Shown here: piece by piece, positions 1-11,840 of the stretch
Numbering within the stretch: the first letter of the stretch is position 1
Layout: each line of letters opens with the position of its first letter
Assembly: GCF_006345805.1 (NCBI RefSeq)
Contig: NC_043006.1
Coordinates: 43,400,001 to 43,464,000 of the forward strand
Reading direction: 5' to 3'
DNA: 64,000 nucleotides
Origin: Octopus sinensis
Lineage: Eukaryota
Notes under the pieces: generated by a model
The model's database searches: none
What the model was told of the DNA's origin: nothing
Seen by the model: only the letters and a program-made list of their open reading frames with translations
Translations under genes and position numbers: made by a program

Positions 1-104
1 GGCTCTAGTAGAAGACACTCGCCCAAGGTTCCACAGAGGAGGACTGAACCCAGAACCTATGTGGTTGGGAAGCAAGCTTCTTACCACACGGCCACGCCAG
101 CACC
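1..104 (-). mobile_element. SINE family A, 5' part (truncated by window edge)
   Basis: Reverse complement of the GGAGTGGCTGTGTGGTAAG..GGGTTCAGTCC..CTTGGGCRAGTGTCTTCTACTA head seen in many copies in the window. Confidence 0.8.
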
Positions 105-646
105 TATATATGTATATGTATTTTTGAGGAAAAGCTAATTATTTTGTTAAGTTAGCTATGAATATATCTAAACTCTTTAAGAATTATTTTTCTTCAGAAA
201 GCACTCAGCAACATTTTTCTATGTTCTATAGTTCCAAGTAGGTGGCATGTTAATGAGATTTCTATTATGTGATCACTTTTATGAGATTTTCGTACGTGAC
301 CTCTTTGGAAAATTTCAACTTTTAAATTCATTTTCCCAACAACAGTAATTCTTTTGACTAATTGGTTAATTAGTCATCACAAATACATCATTAAGTAGTA
401 CATGTTCTCAATAAAATATTGCATGCATGAATTCTTTCTATTGTTTTTTGTTTGATCGTGTGAATTCAATTTAGCTTTGCTGATTTACAAGATGTGTGAA
501 TTGGCCATCAACACAGTTTGTGGTGAAGTTAATGCTTTTTACATGAGCATATTAATGATTATACACTCAAGTGAGTGTATATAATTATATTAGAAGGATC
601 TGTCATGTACTGTTTTTCTTATTTAATTTTGTATTAATAAATTTCA

Positions 647-1080
647 AGACCTGGCAAGTAAAGTGAGATCGTAGCTGTGGCCGATACCTGTGTCGCATAA
701 CCACCCTATTTAAAAGTGCCCTTGAATTTCCAGGTAACATGTTGTGCTTCAGAAGACCTGATGAGTCAAGGGAAGTTATAGTCGTGAATGATGCCAGCGC
801 TGTCTGACTAGCACCTGTGCTGGTGTCATGTAATAAGCACCATTCAAGCATGGGTCAATGCCAGTGCTGCCTGACTGGCTCCCCATGCTGGTGGCATGTA
901 AAAATCACCCACTACACTCTTGGAATGGTTGGCATTAGGAAGGGCATCCAGCTGTAGAAACCTTGCCAGGTCAGATTGGAGCCTGGTGCAGCCTCCCAGC
1001 TTGCCAGTCCTCAGTCAAACCATCCAACCCATGCCAGCATGGAAAGCAGACATTAAACGATGATGATGATGATGATGATG
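647..1080 (-). mobile_element. Repeat family C (RTE-tail-like, ends in (CAT/GAT)n)
   Basis: Shares GGAAGGGCATCCAGCTGTAGAAAC..CCAACCCATGCYAGCATGGAAARCRGACRTTAAACGATGATG with about 12 other copies. Confidence 0.75.
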
Positions 1081-1360
1081 ACATTAGAATTAAACCTTAA
1101 GTTTTTTGGCTATTATTTCTAATGGTTTAAATTCCACAGCTTATTTATAGTTCTAATTTAACTTAAGCAATAAAAAAAAATTGGTCTCCAATATGGCTTC
1201 ATGCTTGCTACACCTAACAATGAGATCAGTTAAGACTGGTGGTCATTTGGTTTAAAGCTGAGTCATTATTGGCAGTGAGTTAAATGAATGATGAATTGAA
1301 TTAATGTACATTATTTACATTATTTACATTCAATGGTTATTTGTCATCTTGTTTGTTGTC

Positions 1361-1406
1361 AACACAACATTTCAGCTGATATACTCGCCAGCCTTCTTCA
1401 GATGTC
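1361..1406 (-). ncRNA. Minimal type I hammerhead ribozyme motif, family F1 (CpG-decayed)
   Basis: Minus strand reads GACAT-CTGAAGA-A-GGCTG-loop-CAGCT-GAAAT-GTT-GTGTT. Confidence 0.6.
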
Positions 1407-1426
1407 TTGGGGAAATTTCGAACCAT

Positions 1427-1499
1427 GGGCATATGGCATAGTGGTTAAGAGCATGGGCTACTAACCCCAAGATTCCAAGTTCGATTCTAAGCAGTGACC
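1427..1499 (+). other. tRNA-Arg(ACG)-derived Pol III head (SINE-type, not a functional tRNA)
   Basis: A box TGGCATAGTGG; anticodon arm GGG-CTACTAA-CCC; AAGATTCCAAGTTCGATTC resembles the tRNA-Arg variable and T loop AAGATTCCAGGTTCGACTCC. Confidence 0.65.
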
Positions 1500-1504
1500 T
1501 GAAC

Positions 1505-1551
<47 letters not shown>

Positions 1552-1611
1552 CAACAACAACATTGAAAAATATGCCTTAGGAATGAGAACCCAGGTTCGA
1601 AATTTCTCCGG

Positions 1612-1657
1612 GACACCTGAAGAAGGCTGGAGGGTATGTCAGCCGAAACATTCTGTT
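1612..1657 (+). ncRNA. Minimal type I hammerhead ribozyme motif, family F1 (partly decayed)
   Basis: GACAC-CTGAAGA-A-GGCTG-gagggtatgt-CAGCC-GAAAC-ATT-CTGTT. Confidence 0.65.
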
Positions 1658-1849
1658 AACAACAAACAAAAATGAGGACAAATAACTGTTGAATGTAAAT
1701 AATGTAAATAATGCACATAATTCCTCATCTCTTAAATATAGAACTGAATTAATGTACATTTGATGTGTAACAAGGCTCCATCCTTAGCCCACTTTTGCTC
1801 CTGCTTTTGAAGTAATTCAAGACAGGATGTATACTGACACACCAGTTTA

Positions 1850-2155
1850 TCATCATCATCATCATTTAATACCTAATTTCCATGCTGGCATGAGTTAGAC
1901 GGTTTGACAGGAGTTGGCAAGCTGGAGACCTTCACCAAGCTCCAGCTGTTTGTTTTGGTGTGGTTTCTATGGTCAGATGCCCTTCCTAATGCCAACCACT
2001 TTACATAGTGTACAGGGTGCATTTTACAAGGCACCATCACTGGTGTGTTTCACATAGCACCAGCACAGGTGCTTTTTATGTGGTACCAAGACTGGCGCCT
2101 TCTATGTGACATCTGCACAGGTATTTTTTACATGACACCAACACAGGTGCTGAGC
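1850..2155 (+). mobile_element. Repeat family C copy
   Basis: CATCATCATTTAA..TTCCATGCTGGCATGAGTT..GATGCCCTTCCTAATGCCAACCAC. Confidence 0.7.
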
Positions 2156-2404
2156 TAGAGTTAAAATATCTAAAAATTAACATCATTAAGAAGAAGGTAC
2201 TTATAAACAACTAAAGACATGTGATCTGTTGCATTAAGCAGAATAAATTTTTACCAATTCTAAAGAAAGGTGTAGATATAAATTCAGTGCTATGTAATCT
2301 ATAGAAACTGTGCTGTAAGTCAAAAGGGACAGCAAGTCTGTGAGAAGTCTGATATTAGTAGCTATACTGGAATAGTTGGTAAACTGAGCAGCCATTAAAT
2401 GGAT

Positions 2405-2800
2405 AATTCTGTAGAAGTTACAGATAAGTTTTGTTACCTAGGTAACATAATTAATGCTGGAAATTATATCAGTAAATGCATAGTAACTAAGCTGAGAACA
2501 AAATGGAAATTCAGAGCAGAGTCACCTATTTTGATATAAAAGTGTTTCTTTCTGCAGGCAAAGAGAAGACTGTATCAGGCATGTTTAGTAAAGCATGATG
2601 TCTTTTACACATCCACAAAGAATGCAGAGAATAAAGTGATTGTAGAGTAACAAGAACAATGTGGTCTGTAAGACATGTAATGTTAATTTACAAATGATTT
2701 TGAGTACAAATGTGCTGAAAAGAGCTGATTATCAATGGTATTCATTTATATATCAAGGAAAAATAATTGTATAGGTTTCTGAAATGTAAGGCAAATAAAT
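2405..2800 (+). mobile_element. Decayed RTE-clade LINE reverse transcriptase fragment
   Basis: Translates as SVEVTDKFCYLGNII..KLRTKWKFRAESPILI*..AKRRLYQAC, matching the RTE EVVDSFCYLG..KFREL..KGRLYDAC pattern; contains stops. Confidence 0.7.
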
Positions 2801-3645
2801 GTTAAATGCTTTGAGAAAAATGATTACAAGTCAATAGCAGAAGATAGCCATGATAGAAGAAGATTAAATAAAGTATAAAACGTACCTCATCCACAACAGG
2901 TTTTTATGACTGGTTTCCTGCCATTAAGTGAATGAGAGCCAGATAACTCTTTGGACAGGGTGGTAGAGTAAAATTTCTTGAAGATCTGGTATGTTCTGGT
3001 ACCTTCTGATAGCTATTCCTAACATCTGGTTGCACCTGGGTATCATAAAATACTCAATGTTGAACTCACAATCTATGACCAAAAACACTAAAATTTTAAC
3101 CGGTGGAGTATCCTAGTCTAGAAGTTCTAACCAATGAGTCAAAACTTAAATTGGGCCATTGGTGTAATTCTGGAAGTACCACAAAGACGAAAATCTTTCA
3201 TTTTTGAAATAGTTAACATGATATTCATCATCACCATCATCATCATCATTATCCTTATCCTCATCCTTATCCTCCCCCTCATCATCATCACCATTATCAT
3301 CATCTATATAAATGCATACACATATAAGTATGTGCATGTAGGTATGAGTACAAATGTATAAATACAGACGCATATGTATGTATATGTGCATGTATGTGTG
3401 TGTGTATGCACACATTTTAATAGAATTTTTGCTACCAATCTGGGACGCAAGGTTTCTTGAAATCAGCATAAAATCCTAAATGACTCTCTGGCCATTGCCA
3501 GTGAAGTGTCATTTGTTTATCTTGGCTGATTAAATACTGATTTCTGTCATCAAGAAACCTTGGGTTCCAAAAATATTAGAAAATTCTGATAAAGAAATTA
3601 TATTGAGTACTCATTCATGAGTTTGTCACAGATGTGTGTGCCAGG

Positions 3646-3686
<41 letters not shown>

Positions 3687-3739
3687 TCAGAGAGAGAGAG
3701 AGACAGACAGACAAACAGACAGAAGGAGAAAAAGAGTGT

Positions 3740-4105
3740 ATATGTACTCTTTTACTTGTTTCAGTCATTTGACTGTGGCCATGCTGGAGCACAGCCTTTA
3801 GTTGAACAAATCAACCCCAGGACTTATTCTTTGTAAGCCTAGTACTTATTCTATCGATCTATTTAGCGAAACAGCTAAGTTACAGGGACGTAAACACACC
3901 AACATCGGTTGTCAAACAATGGTGTGGGGACAAACATGGACACACAAACACATACATACGTACATATATATACGATGGGTTTCTGTCGACCAAATACACT
4001 CACAAGGCTTTGGTCAGCCTGAAGCTATTGTAGAAGCCACTTGCCCAAGGTGGCACGCAGTGGGACTGAACCCAGAACTATGTTGTTGAGAAGCAAGCTA
4101 CTCAT
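3740..4105 (-). mobile_element. SINE family A (about 430 bp consensus with internal microsatellite)
   Basis: Reverse complement of the consensus seen at 6090-6478 and 42485-42945. Confidence 0.85.
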
Positions 4106-4114
4106 GTATGTATG

Positions 4115-4346
4115 TTTTTTAACTATTATATATTTTCCTCTGAAGAAGGAGTCGGTTTCAAAACAAAGATACAGGGCTCCATCTTTGGGATGTAGTTAAC
4201 ACAGACAAATTCACATTTGGAACTTGAGAAAAGTCTTTCATATTTTTATTGTTCCACTCATAGATTGCCTTTGTAATGTACGAATTAGCCGGTCGATTTC
4301 TCTTTCTGAAAATCCCAGTTTACTCAGATTCTCCTTTAAGCATTTA
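4115..4346 (-). mobile_element. R4/Dong-clade non-LTR element, 3' end
   Basis: KCLKENLSKLGFSEREIDRLIRTLQRQSMSGTIKI*KTF followed by a 3' UTR shared with 56725-56975. Confidence 0.65.
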
Positions 4347-4395
4347 TTTATGTATGTACGTATGTATGAATGTATGTATGTACATACGTATGTGT

Positions 4396-4443
<48 letters not shown>

Positions 4444-4469
4444 ACATATATAGGTATGTATGTATGTTT

Positions 4470-4940
4470 GCATTTCCTTATTCAGTTTATTTCAAGATTT
4501 CTTGCCAATAGAGAAAGAACTGGTTTCTAACCTAGATCCAAGGCTCCTTCATTGGAATTTCATCATGAACAACAGGATATTTTGTTTGTTTGTTTGTTTG
4601 TTTGTATGTATGCATGTATGTGTGTATGTATGTATGTATGTATGTATGTATGTATGTATGTATGTATGTATGTATGTATGTATGTATTGTCATGCATATA
4701 GTTGCATACCTAGATATGCTTCTGGAAAGTTTTACAGATTTTAACAGTTCCAGTGATGGATTGGATCTGTAGTCTTCAAATTAGCTTCCTCCTTTCTGGT
4801 TTTGAGAAGCCTAATTTCTCCAGGTTGGTATTTGGGCAGTGTGTTACATATCCCAGGGCCCCTATAATAACAGGTATAAATCAGAACTTGTAATCAAGAT
4901 ACAATAACTGCAGATTTCTCAATAGTCCTGCATAGGTATT
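4470..4940 (-). mobile_element. R4/Dong-clade element, 3' end (REL endonuclease C-terminus + 3' UTR)
   Basis: RNLQLLYLDYKF*FIPVIIGALGYV..LEKLGFSKPERRKLI*RLQIQSITGTVKICKTFQK; same family as 62265-62640. Confidence 0.7.
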
Positions 4941-4945
4941 CTTTT

Positions 4946-5177
4946 TAAAGAATATTACAGCCAAATAAAGAAAATTTGGACTTCGGAACTCTCTGCATTC
5001 TGTAAAACAGTGGCCCACAATGTGCTTGCAGTGCCAGTACTGATACCAACATTTGGACTGCTTGATTGGACACTTGATGAGAAAACCCGAAAAATACTAA
5101 CAAGCACACATAATTACCACATAAACAGTGACGTAGGGCACCTTTACCTAAAATAAAAACAAGGCAGCAGAGGTTTG
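4946..5177 (+). mobile_element. R4/Dong-clade reverse transcriptase fragment
   Basis: KEYYSQIKKIWTSELSAFCKTVAHNVLAVPVLIPTFGLLDWTLDE..KTRKILT..NSDVGHLYLK*KQGSRGL. Confidence 0.75.
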
Positions 5178-5482
5178 TACGTATGTATGTATGTGTGTAT
5201 GTATGTATGTATGTATGTATGTATGTACGTGTGTGTGTGTGTATGTATGTATGTGTGTGTATGTATGTATGTATGTATGTATGTATGTATGTATGTATGT
5301 ATGTGTGTGTGTGTGTATGTATGTATGTATGCATACACATATAGCAAACACATGCTCATGAAAATCATTTATATATGCGGTATTTATCGAAGCAAAATAA
5401 ACATTTTTTTTTCAAGATTTTGAAGCCTGAACATTAGGATTTTGCATTCTAAGGACAAATATAATCTTACCCATTTTCTCAG

Positions 5483-5520
5483 TCTAGCACATTACCATAT
5501 ATGGAATGATATGACTAGAA
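5483..5520 (+). other. Candidate small exon (LAHYHIWNDMTR), unassigned
   Basis: Acceptor CTTACCCATTTTCTCAG and donor AA|GTAAGT; one frame open; could be chance. Confidence 0.2.
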
Positions 5521-5847
5521 GTAAGTTAGTTATCTCTATTGTCCATGCTAAATGATGTGTAATGAAGAGCTAAGATCACTATAATAGTGATAATATATTA
5601 AATATCCTGTATGACTGGTAGGTACGTACACCGTAGACTTACAATCATAAGAAACTTCAGTATGATAAGCCTGAATATAAACACTTCCATTATCAAAAAT
5701 ATTACTTGTATTATTTAATGTGATGATTAAATTAATAAATAATAAATAAGAATGCAGCCATTAGGGAAAAATGAACGTAAACACTGAAGTGAACATATAA
5801 TTTTCTTCTTGGAATTCTGTAAATATAATGAACTGTTATTATATAGT

Positions 5848-6078
5848 AGGGCAGCGAGCTGGTAGAATCGTTAGCATGCTGGGTGAAATGCTTAGTGGTA
5901 TTTCATCTGCTGTTATGTTCTTAGTTCAAATTCTGCCAAGGTCAACTTTGCCTTTCATCCTTTCGGTGTCGATTAACTAAGTACCAGTTACACACTGGGG
6001 TCGATGTAATCGACTTAATCCGTTTGTCTGTCCTTGTTTGTCCCCTCTATGTTTAGCCCCCTGTGGGCAATAAAGAAA
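5848..6078 (+). mobile_element. SINE family B (about 230 bp)
   Basis: GGCAGCGAGCTGGTAGAATCGTTAGC..GTTCAAATTC..CTTTGCCTTTCATCCTTTCGG..AAGTACCAG; about 12 copies in the window. Confidence 0.8.
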
Positions 6079-6089
6079 ATACAATTATA

Positions 6090-6478
6090 TAGTGCATAGG
6101 AGTGGCTGTGTGGTAAGTAGCTTGCTTACAAACCACATGGTTCCAGGTTCAGTCCCACAGCGTGGCACCTTGGGCGAGTGTCGTCTACTATAGCCTCGGG
6201 CTGACCAAAGCCTTGTGAGTGGATTTGGTAGACGGAAACTGAAAGAAGTCCGTCGTATATATGTATATATATGTGTGTGTGTATATGTTTGTGTGTCTGT
6301 GTTTGTCCCCCCAACAATGCTTGACAATCGATGGTGGTGTGTTTATGTCCCCATAACTTAGCAGTTCAGCAAAAGAGGCTGATAGAATAAGTTCTAGGCT
6401 TCTAAAGAATAAGCCCTGGGGTCGATTTGCTTGACTAAAGGCGGTGCTCCAGCATGGCCACGGTCAAATGAATGAAAG
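6090..6478 (+). mobile_element. SINE family A, near full length
   Basis: Head, central CACCTTGGGC..CTACTATAGCCTCGGG, internal (TA)/(TG), and tail GGTGCTCCAGCATGGCCACGGTCAAATG. Confidence 0.85.
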
Positions 6479-6494
6479 AGTGGGACTAAGATGA

Positions 6495-6930
6495 CACGCT
6501 GGCAGAATTGTTAGCATATGGAGCAAAATGCTCAATGGTATTTCATCTGTCTTTACGTTGTAAGTTCAAATTCTACTGAGGTCAACATTGCCTTTTTTCC
6601 CTTTGGGGTCGATAAAATAAGTACCAGTTGAGTACTGGGGTTGATGTAAGCAACTTCCCCCTTCCCCCAGAATTTCTGGCTTTGTGCCAAAATTTCAAAT
6701 TTATATACAGTGAGCTTAAGGCAGCAAGTTGGCAGAATTGTTACCATGCCAGAAAAATTGCTTTCCAGCTTTTCATCTGTCTTTACTTTCTGAGTTCAAA
6801 TTCTGCTGAGGTCGACTTTGTCTTTCACTCTTTTGGGGTTGATAAAATAAGTACCAGTTATGCACTGGAGTCCATGTAATCAACAAGCCCTTTCCCTTGA
6901 AATTGCTGGCCTTGAGCCAAAATTTGAAAC
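6495..6930 (+). mobile_element. Two tandem SINE family B copies
   Basis: GCTGGCAGAATTGTTA..AGTTCAAATTC..GGGGTYGATAAAATAAGTACCAG occurs twice (about 6495 and about 6725). Confidence 0.7.
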
Positions 6931-7376
6931 TAACATATAGCAAGATCTCTCTATATGAACATAATCTTTACCAGAGCTCTTTTCATTAACAAAATTATTC
7001 GTTACATGAGTAATTGAAATATAAATTAGATAGGATTGGTCCATTCTGAGCTACTCCACTGAAAAGCATCAAACGATCTGAGTTTTTCTTTCTGTCCATC
7101 CATCAATATATAAATGTATGTGTGTGTGTGTACATGTGAGTGTGCATGAGTGTGTGTTAGAGTGAGTGCATGTTAGTGTGTGTCTGTGTCTGTGAGTATG
7201 TTTTTTTCTCGTCTGTATTTCTTCTGTTGATCTTTTTGTTATGTGTTTAGCAAAGAAATATGAGAAAAAATAATCATTTCCTATATAAAATGTAAAAACT
7301 TGCCTGCCACATGAAATACATATATATGGACAATAATAAATCCTGTGTACATGCTCATCCAGCCACTTATATGTAT

Positions 7377-7424
<48 letters not shown>

Positions 7425-7499
7425 TCAACTCATGGTTTGTTCTTTAAATTTCATCTCTATTAGTTGATTACTTAGATTACTTAGATAAGTTTCAGCTGA

Positions 7500-8005
7500 A
7501 GTTAGCCCAAACCATGTCTAATTTAATAGCACCACCTGCAAGTGATACATGGTCAGCTCTTGGGCACCATGGGCCATTCAAGCAGAGAGTTATTGTTTTC
7601 AGAGACATATCTGGGTGTGGGTGGTTTGTCTGGTATTTGTTGGAGGTAATCATTTAGGGACCGTTTGAATGCCATGAAATCACTTTCCTCCTTTATGTGG
7701 GCCAGCACGATGTTGAAGAGAACAGGGCTAGTTGAGGTGAAATACTTCTGTCATAGTGTTGTGATACGACACAAACAATTTCTGTAGTGGACGGATGGCA
7801 CGGGGGCCAAACCTCGGATGAATTTTAAAGATGGTATCTATATCATTTGGGCAATGTTGATGGAATATTTTCCACATCATAGAGATGATATAGCGCTCAC
7901 AGTGGTGTTGGAGAGAGTAAAGCCTGAGTTTTTTGGGTCGATCTTAATAGTCAAGGTATATCATGTCATCTGTATATAGTATTTTTCAGAAAGACTATGC
8001 ATGCA
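7500..8005 (-). mobile_element. CR1/L2-group LINE 3' fragment (RT C-terminus)
   Basis: YLDY*DRPKKLRLYSLQ..WKIFHQHCPND..PVLFNIV..FKRSLNDYLQQIPDKPPTPRYVSENNNSLLEW. Confidence 0.7.
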
Positions 8006-8229
8006 TAGACTACTCAGGGTTTGTTGCTTAAATATCAATGCACTAAGTAAATGGGTGCCCACTCACTTATATGTGAGCATTCTCCGCTCGGTGGTCAAAT
8101 TTCAGCTTATTAGTGGGTTTAATTTTCTTCAGAAGAGCCATTTCTTATTCAATTTGTTCGTTTAGAGAACTGTTTGTATACAGGTTCTGTGTTGTATATA
8201 GTTTTATTGAAAGAACAGAAGATTTTGAT

Positions 8230-8582
8230 AATAAAAGAATTTAAACAAGAGCAGAATGGAAAGAAAATATTGAAGATAACATTGACAAACAGTCTAATAA
8301 AGACGTGATGTCCTGGACTGCAGTAAATAGGAAACTGTGAGATAAGGGCCAAACAACTGAGATTTCTTTGTCGTGGGATGAGGAAAGAGAGCCTGGAGAA
8401 TTTAGTGATGACAGGAAAACTGGAATGGAAAAGAAACAGAGGAAGGAGAAGGATGATATGGATGTCAAGTTTAATGAGCTGGTTGGAAGAAAGAAGTATT
8501 AATTATCTGGAAGTGGAACTCCTATAGAAAAGAAAGAGCATAGAATTTTGGCAGGTCGTGATCACCTATGTCCTACAATCTT
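8230..8582 (+). mobile_element. RTE-clade LINE 3' fragment
   Basis: IRAKQLRFLCRGMRKESLENLVMTGKLEWKRNRGRRRMIWMSSL..FWQVVITYVL matches the RTE C-terminal LKFLGH..LENLVITGKIEGKRSRGR pattern. Confidence 0.75.
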
Positions 8583-9714
8583 GACAAAGTGCCTAAAAAG
8601 GAAAAGAGTAGAATGGACTTGCTCACATTTTGCATTATGTCTTTTATTTTCTTCTGCACCGAAATATCAATAACTCCAAAAATGAATAACTCAACTTCAT
8701 TCCATTTACATCCTACATCCTACTGCATGCATAGTTTTTCTGAAAAATACTATATACAGATGACATGACATACCTTGACTATTAAGATCGACTCAGAAAG
8801 CTCAGGTTTTACTCCCTCCAACATCACCATGATAGCTATATATTCCATTTACATCATACTCCTGAGACCCCTACACTTTGTGGAACATTGGCCATTGATG
8901 GTTTTTCATCATTATTCATGATTCTAGTCTGTCATTTTTGCTTCTCTCCTGTCAGATCCCTGCTTCCTTACAGTTTCCTTTCAAATTTTGCTGCACCACA
9001 TCGTGTTTCCCTAACAGAAAGCCTTCCTCTCCCCCAGTATTATGGTATTGAATTGTCATTGATACATCTGTAATTATGCTTTTATCTTTGTTGGGTAGGG
9101 TTGGCCTTACACAAACCCATGTTTACCCCTGGAAATAGATCGTCCTATATAAATGTCACCTCTGTCCTTTGACCTGTCCAGCATGGGAGGCCCTTACAAA
9201 GAGCTTGTTCTCCACTCACATAACTTTCATGGACATTGAGGCACACAAGTTGCCTCACTGTCACCCACAAGGACTGAACATAGTGGTGGGTCTTTTCCCT
9301 TTAGAAGTATCTAGGAGTGACTATGTGGTAAGTAGCTTGATCCATGCAAACATAGAAAAGTGGAGATTAAATGATAATGATGATGATGATAATGATGATG
9401 ATGATTAGGTAGGGGGGCTCTGAAAGGGGTCTCAGGGAGTAGCGTCCTTGCCTTCCTGAGCTAGTTTTCCATGACATTTCTTAAAAATCATGATAGAGGC
9501 CATGGTCTTGGGACCACTCATGTCTAGAAACTGAGGTTGTGGTTAACCAAGGGCATGCTGCCTGTAGAAAATTCAGCTCTGAAAAAGCCTCATGACAATA
9601 ACAAAGAAGCATGGGCACCAACCAGCCCAAAGCTATGAGAGTGTTTGCTGTGAGAGTGAGGTAGATCTGGCCACCCCCGTTAATGGGGACAAACGCAGAT
9701 TTAAAATATTGGAA

Positions 9715-9895
9715 TTTCTCAATGATGATGATAACAATGACGACAATGTCAACGATGACGAAGACGACAACAACAACAACGATGACAACAGTGATGATGG
9801 CGATGACAAAGATGATGAAAATGACGACGATGATGATGACGACAATAACGATGACGACGACGATGACAATGACAACGACGATGATGTTGATGCAG
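9715..9895. repeat. Mixed (GAT/GAC/AAC)n trinucleotide tract
   Basis: Direct reading; source of the poly-D, poly-S and poly-T ORFs in the track. Confidence 0.9.
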
Positions 9896-11109
9896 GCTAA
9901 TCTAATTGAACAGCTTTACAAGAAGACATAGTCTCCCTGATAATTATATATAAGATATATTTACAAAATTACTATCAATTGTAGTAATTCTGAACCTTGA
10001 CCTTGAATATTTTAGGGCTGCGGTCAGGGAATTTTGAGTGCCCTTGCAGTTTTCTATAGCATGTCCTTCAGAAATTGTGTTCCAGATAATTCAGTTATTT
10101 TCATATAACTGCAGTCCTTTTGCTTGATATAATAAAGAAACCATACATATTTTGCACATACACCCATACACACACACATACACACACACACATACAGATA
10201 TGTGTTTGTGTTTATAGGTGTTTGTGTATTTATATATTTGCATGGTTATGCGCACACACACACATACACACACACACACATATATATGTAGATATATATA
10301 TATATACACACATATATATGTATATGCATATATATATACTATATATACATATATACTTATGTATATATATGTATGTATATTTATATATATATGTGTGCTG
10401 TGTGTATGTGTATATGTAAGTATGTATACATCAATATATCAATAAATACACACACACATATATATATGCATGCATACACACACACAGACACTCTTACATG
10501 CAACAGAAGGCAGATATATGCCAAGAAATAATGTAATATGGTTCTCGTTACTGCTGAAGCTTTCCCAGTAATAAAATTAATTACAATTGAACACTACCTC
10601 ATTGTCTATCAATTCCACACCATTCGCCACAAAAACCTGGTATTTCTCCGGCGTATCCCTCCCCCACATACATACACACAAATACACACACACACTCACT
10701 CACTCACTCACACATGTGCACATACCACCTAATTAGTAAATCTCTATCATCTATCGAGTCACAGCTGCTCTTACCATGCCCAGTTATCATCGCACAATCT
10801 AATAATCATTTTCATAATCAGGAAAGAATCCTTCATTATTATATCTTTGATCGTTAATTAACGAGCCATTCATTATCACCTGTTTTATGGCTGTTGCACT
10901 GTTAATCTCACTGCTATCTAAAAGTATGATATTTTCCATAATTCAACTTTGTGTTTAGAAAATAACAGTCTCGTTCAGTTTTGTGGTTAGCATTTATAGT
11001 GAAAGGCTTGCCAAACTGGGTTTCTTTTGTTTAAATACTCTCTCAATGAATGAATGACACAGTAGCAGGTTATTTAGGCATCAGACTGGCAGAGCAATAG
11101 AATAAAACA

Positions 11110-11358
11110 CTTTATTCTTTCATTCTTTTATACTTGCTTCGGTCATTTGACTGTGGCCATGCTGGAGCGCCACCTTAAAGAGTTTTTAATCAAAGAAATC
11201 GATTCCAGGATTTATTCTTTGTAAGCTTAGTATTTATTCTATCAGTCTCTTTTGCCGAACTGCTATGTAACAAGGAAATAAACACACCAACATCACTTGT
11301 CAAACAATGTTTCGGGGACAAACACAGACACAAGGCACACACACATAAATATATACTA

Positions 11359-11365
<7 letters not shown>
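11110..11365 (-). mobile_element. SINE family A, 3' half
   Basis: Reverse complement of the family A tail. Confidence 0.8.
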
Positions 11366-11442
<77 letters not shown>

Positions 11443-11449
11443 TTGTATA

Positions 11450-11840
11450 TAGGCGCGGGATTGGTTGTGTGGTAAGTAGCTTGCTTACCAGCCACGTGGT
11501 TCTGTGTTCAGTCCCACTGCATGGCACCTTGGGCAAGTGACTTCTACTATAGCCTCATGCCAATCAAAGCCTTGTGAGTGGATTTGGTAGATGGAAACTG
11601 AAAGAAGCCCATCATATATATGTATATGTATATATATGTGTGTGTGTGTTTGTGTATCTGTGTTTGTCCCCCCAACATCGCTTGACAACCAATGCTGGTG
11701 TGTATATGTCCCCGTAACTTAGCGGTTTGGCAAAAGAGACCGATAGAATAAGTACTAGGCTTACAAAGAATAAGTTCTGGGGTCGACTTGCTCGACTAAA
11801 GGTGGTGCTTCAGCATGGCTACAACAAGTAAAAGAGAGAG
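11450..11840 (+). mobile_element. SINE family A, full length
   Basis: Matches 6090-6478; separated from the inverted copy by (TA)n at 11367-11432. Confidence 0.85.

Larger units (their letters stand above)
1293..1760 (+). mobile_element. Composite element: inverted partial pLTR + tRNA-Arg-like head + (AAT)n + PLE-type pLTR with hammerhead
   Basis: 1300-1424 is the reverse complement of about 1594-1720; tRNA-like head at 1427-1499; (AAT)n at 1504-1560; 20-bp direct repeat GAAYTGAATTAATGTACATT at 1293-1312 and 1741-1760. Confidence 0.7.

Noticed and set aside
1427-1499. Functional tRNA gene
   Set aside because: No proper acceptor stem and a broken T stem; it runs into (AAT)n, so it is a SINE-type head.
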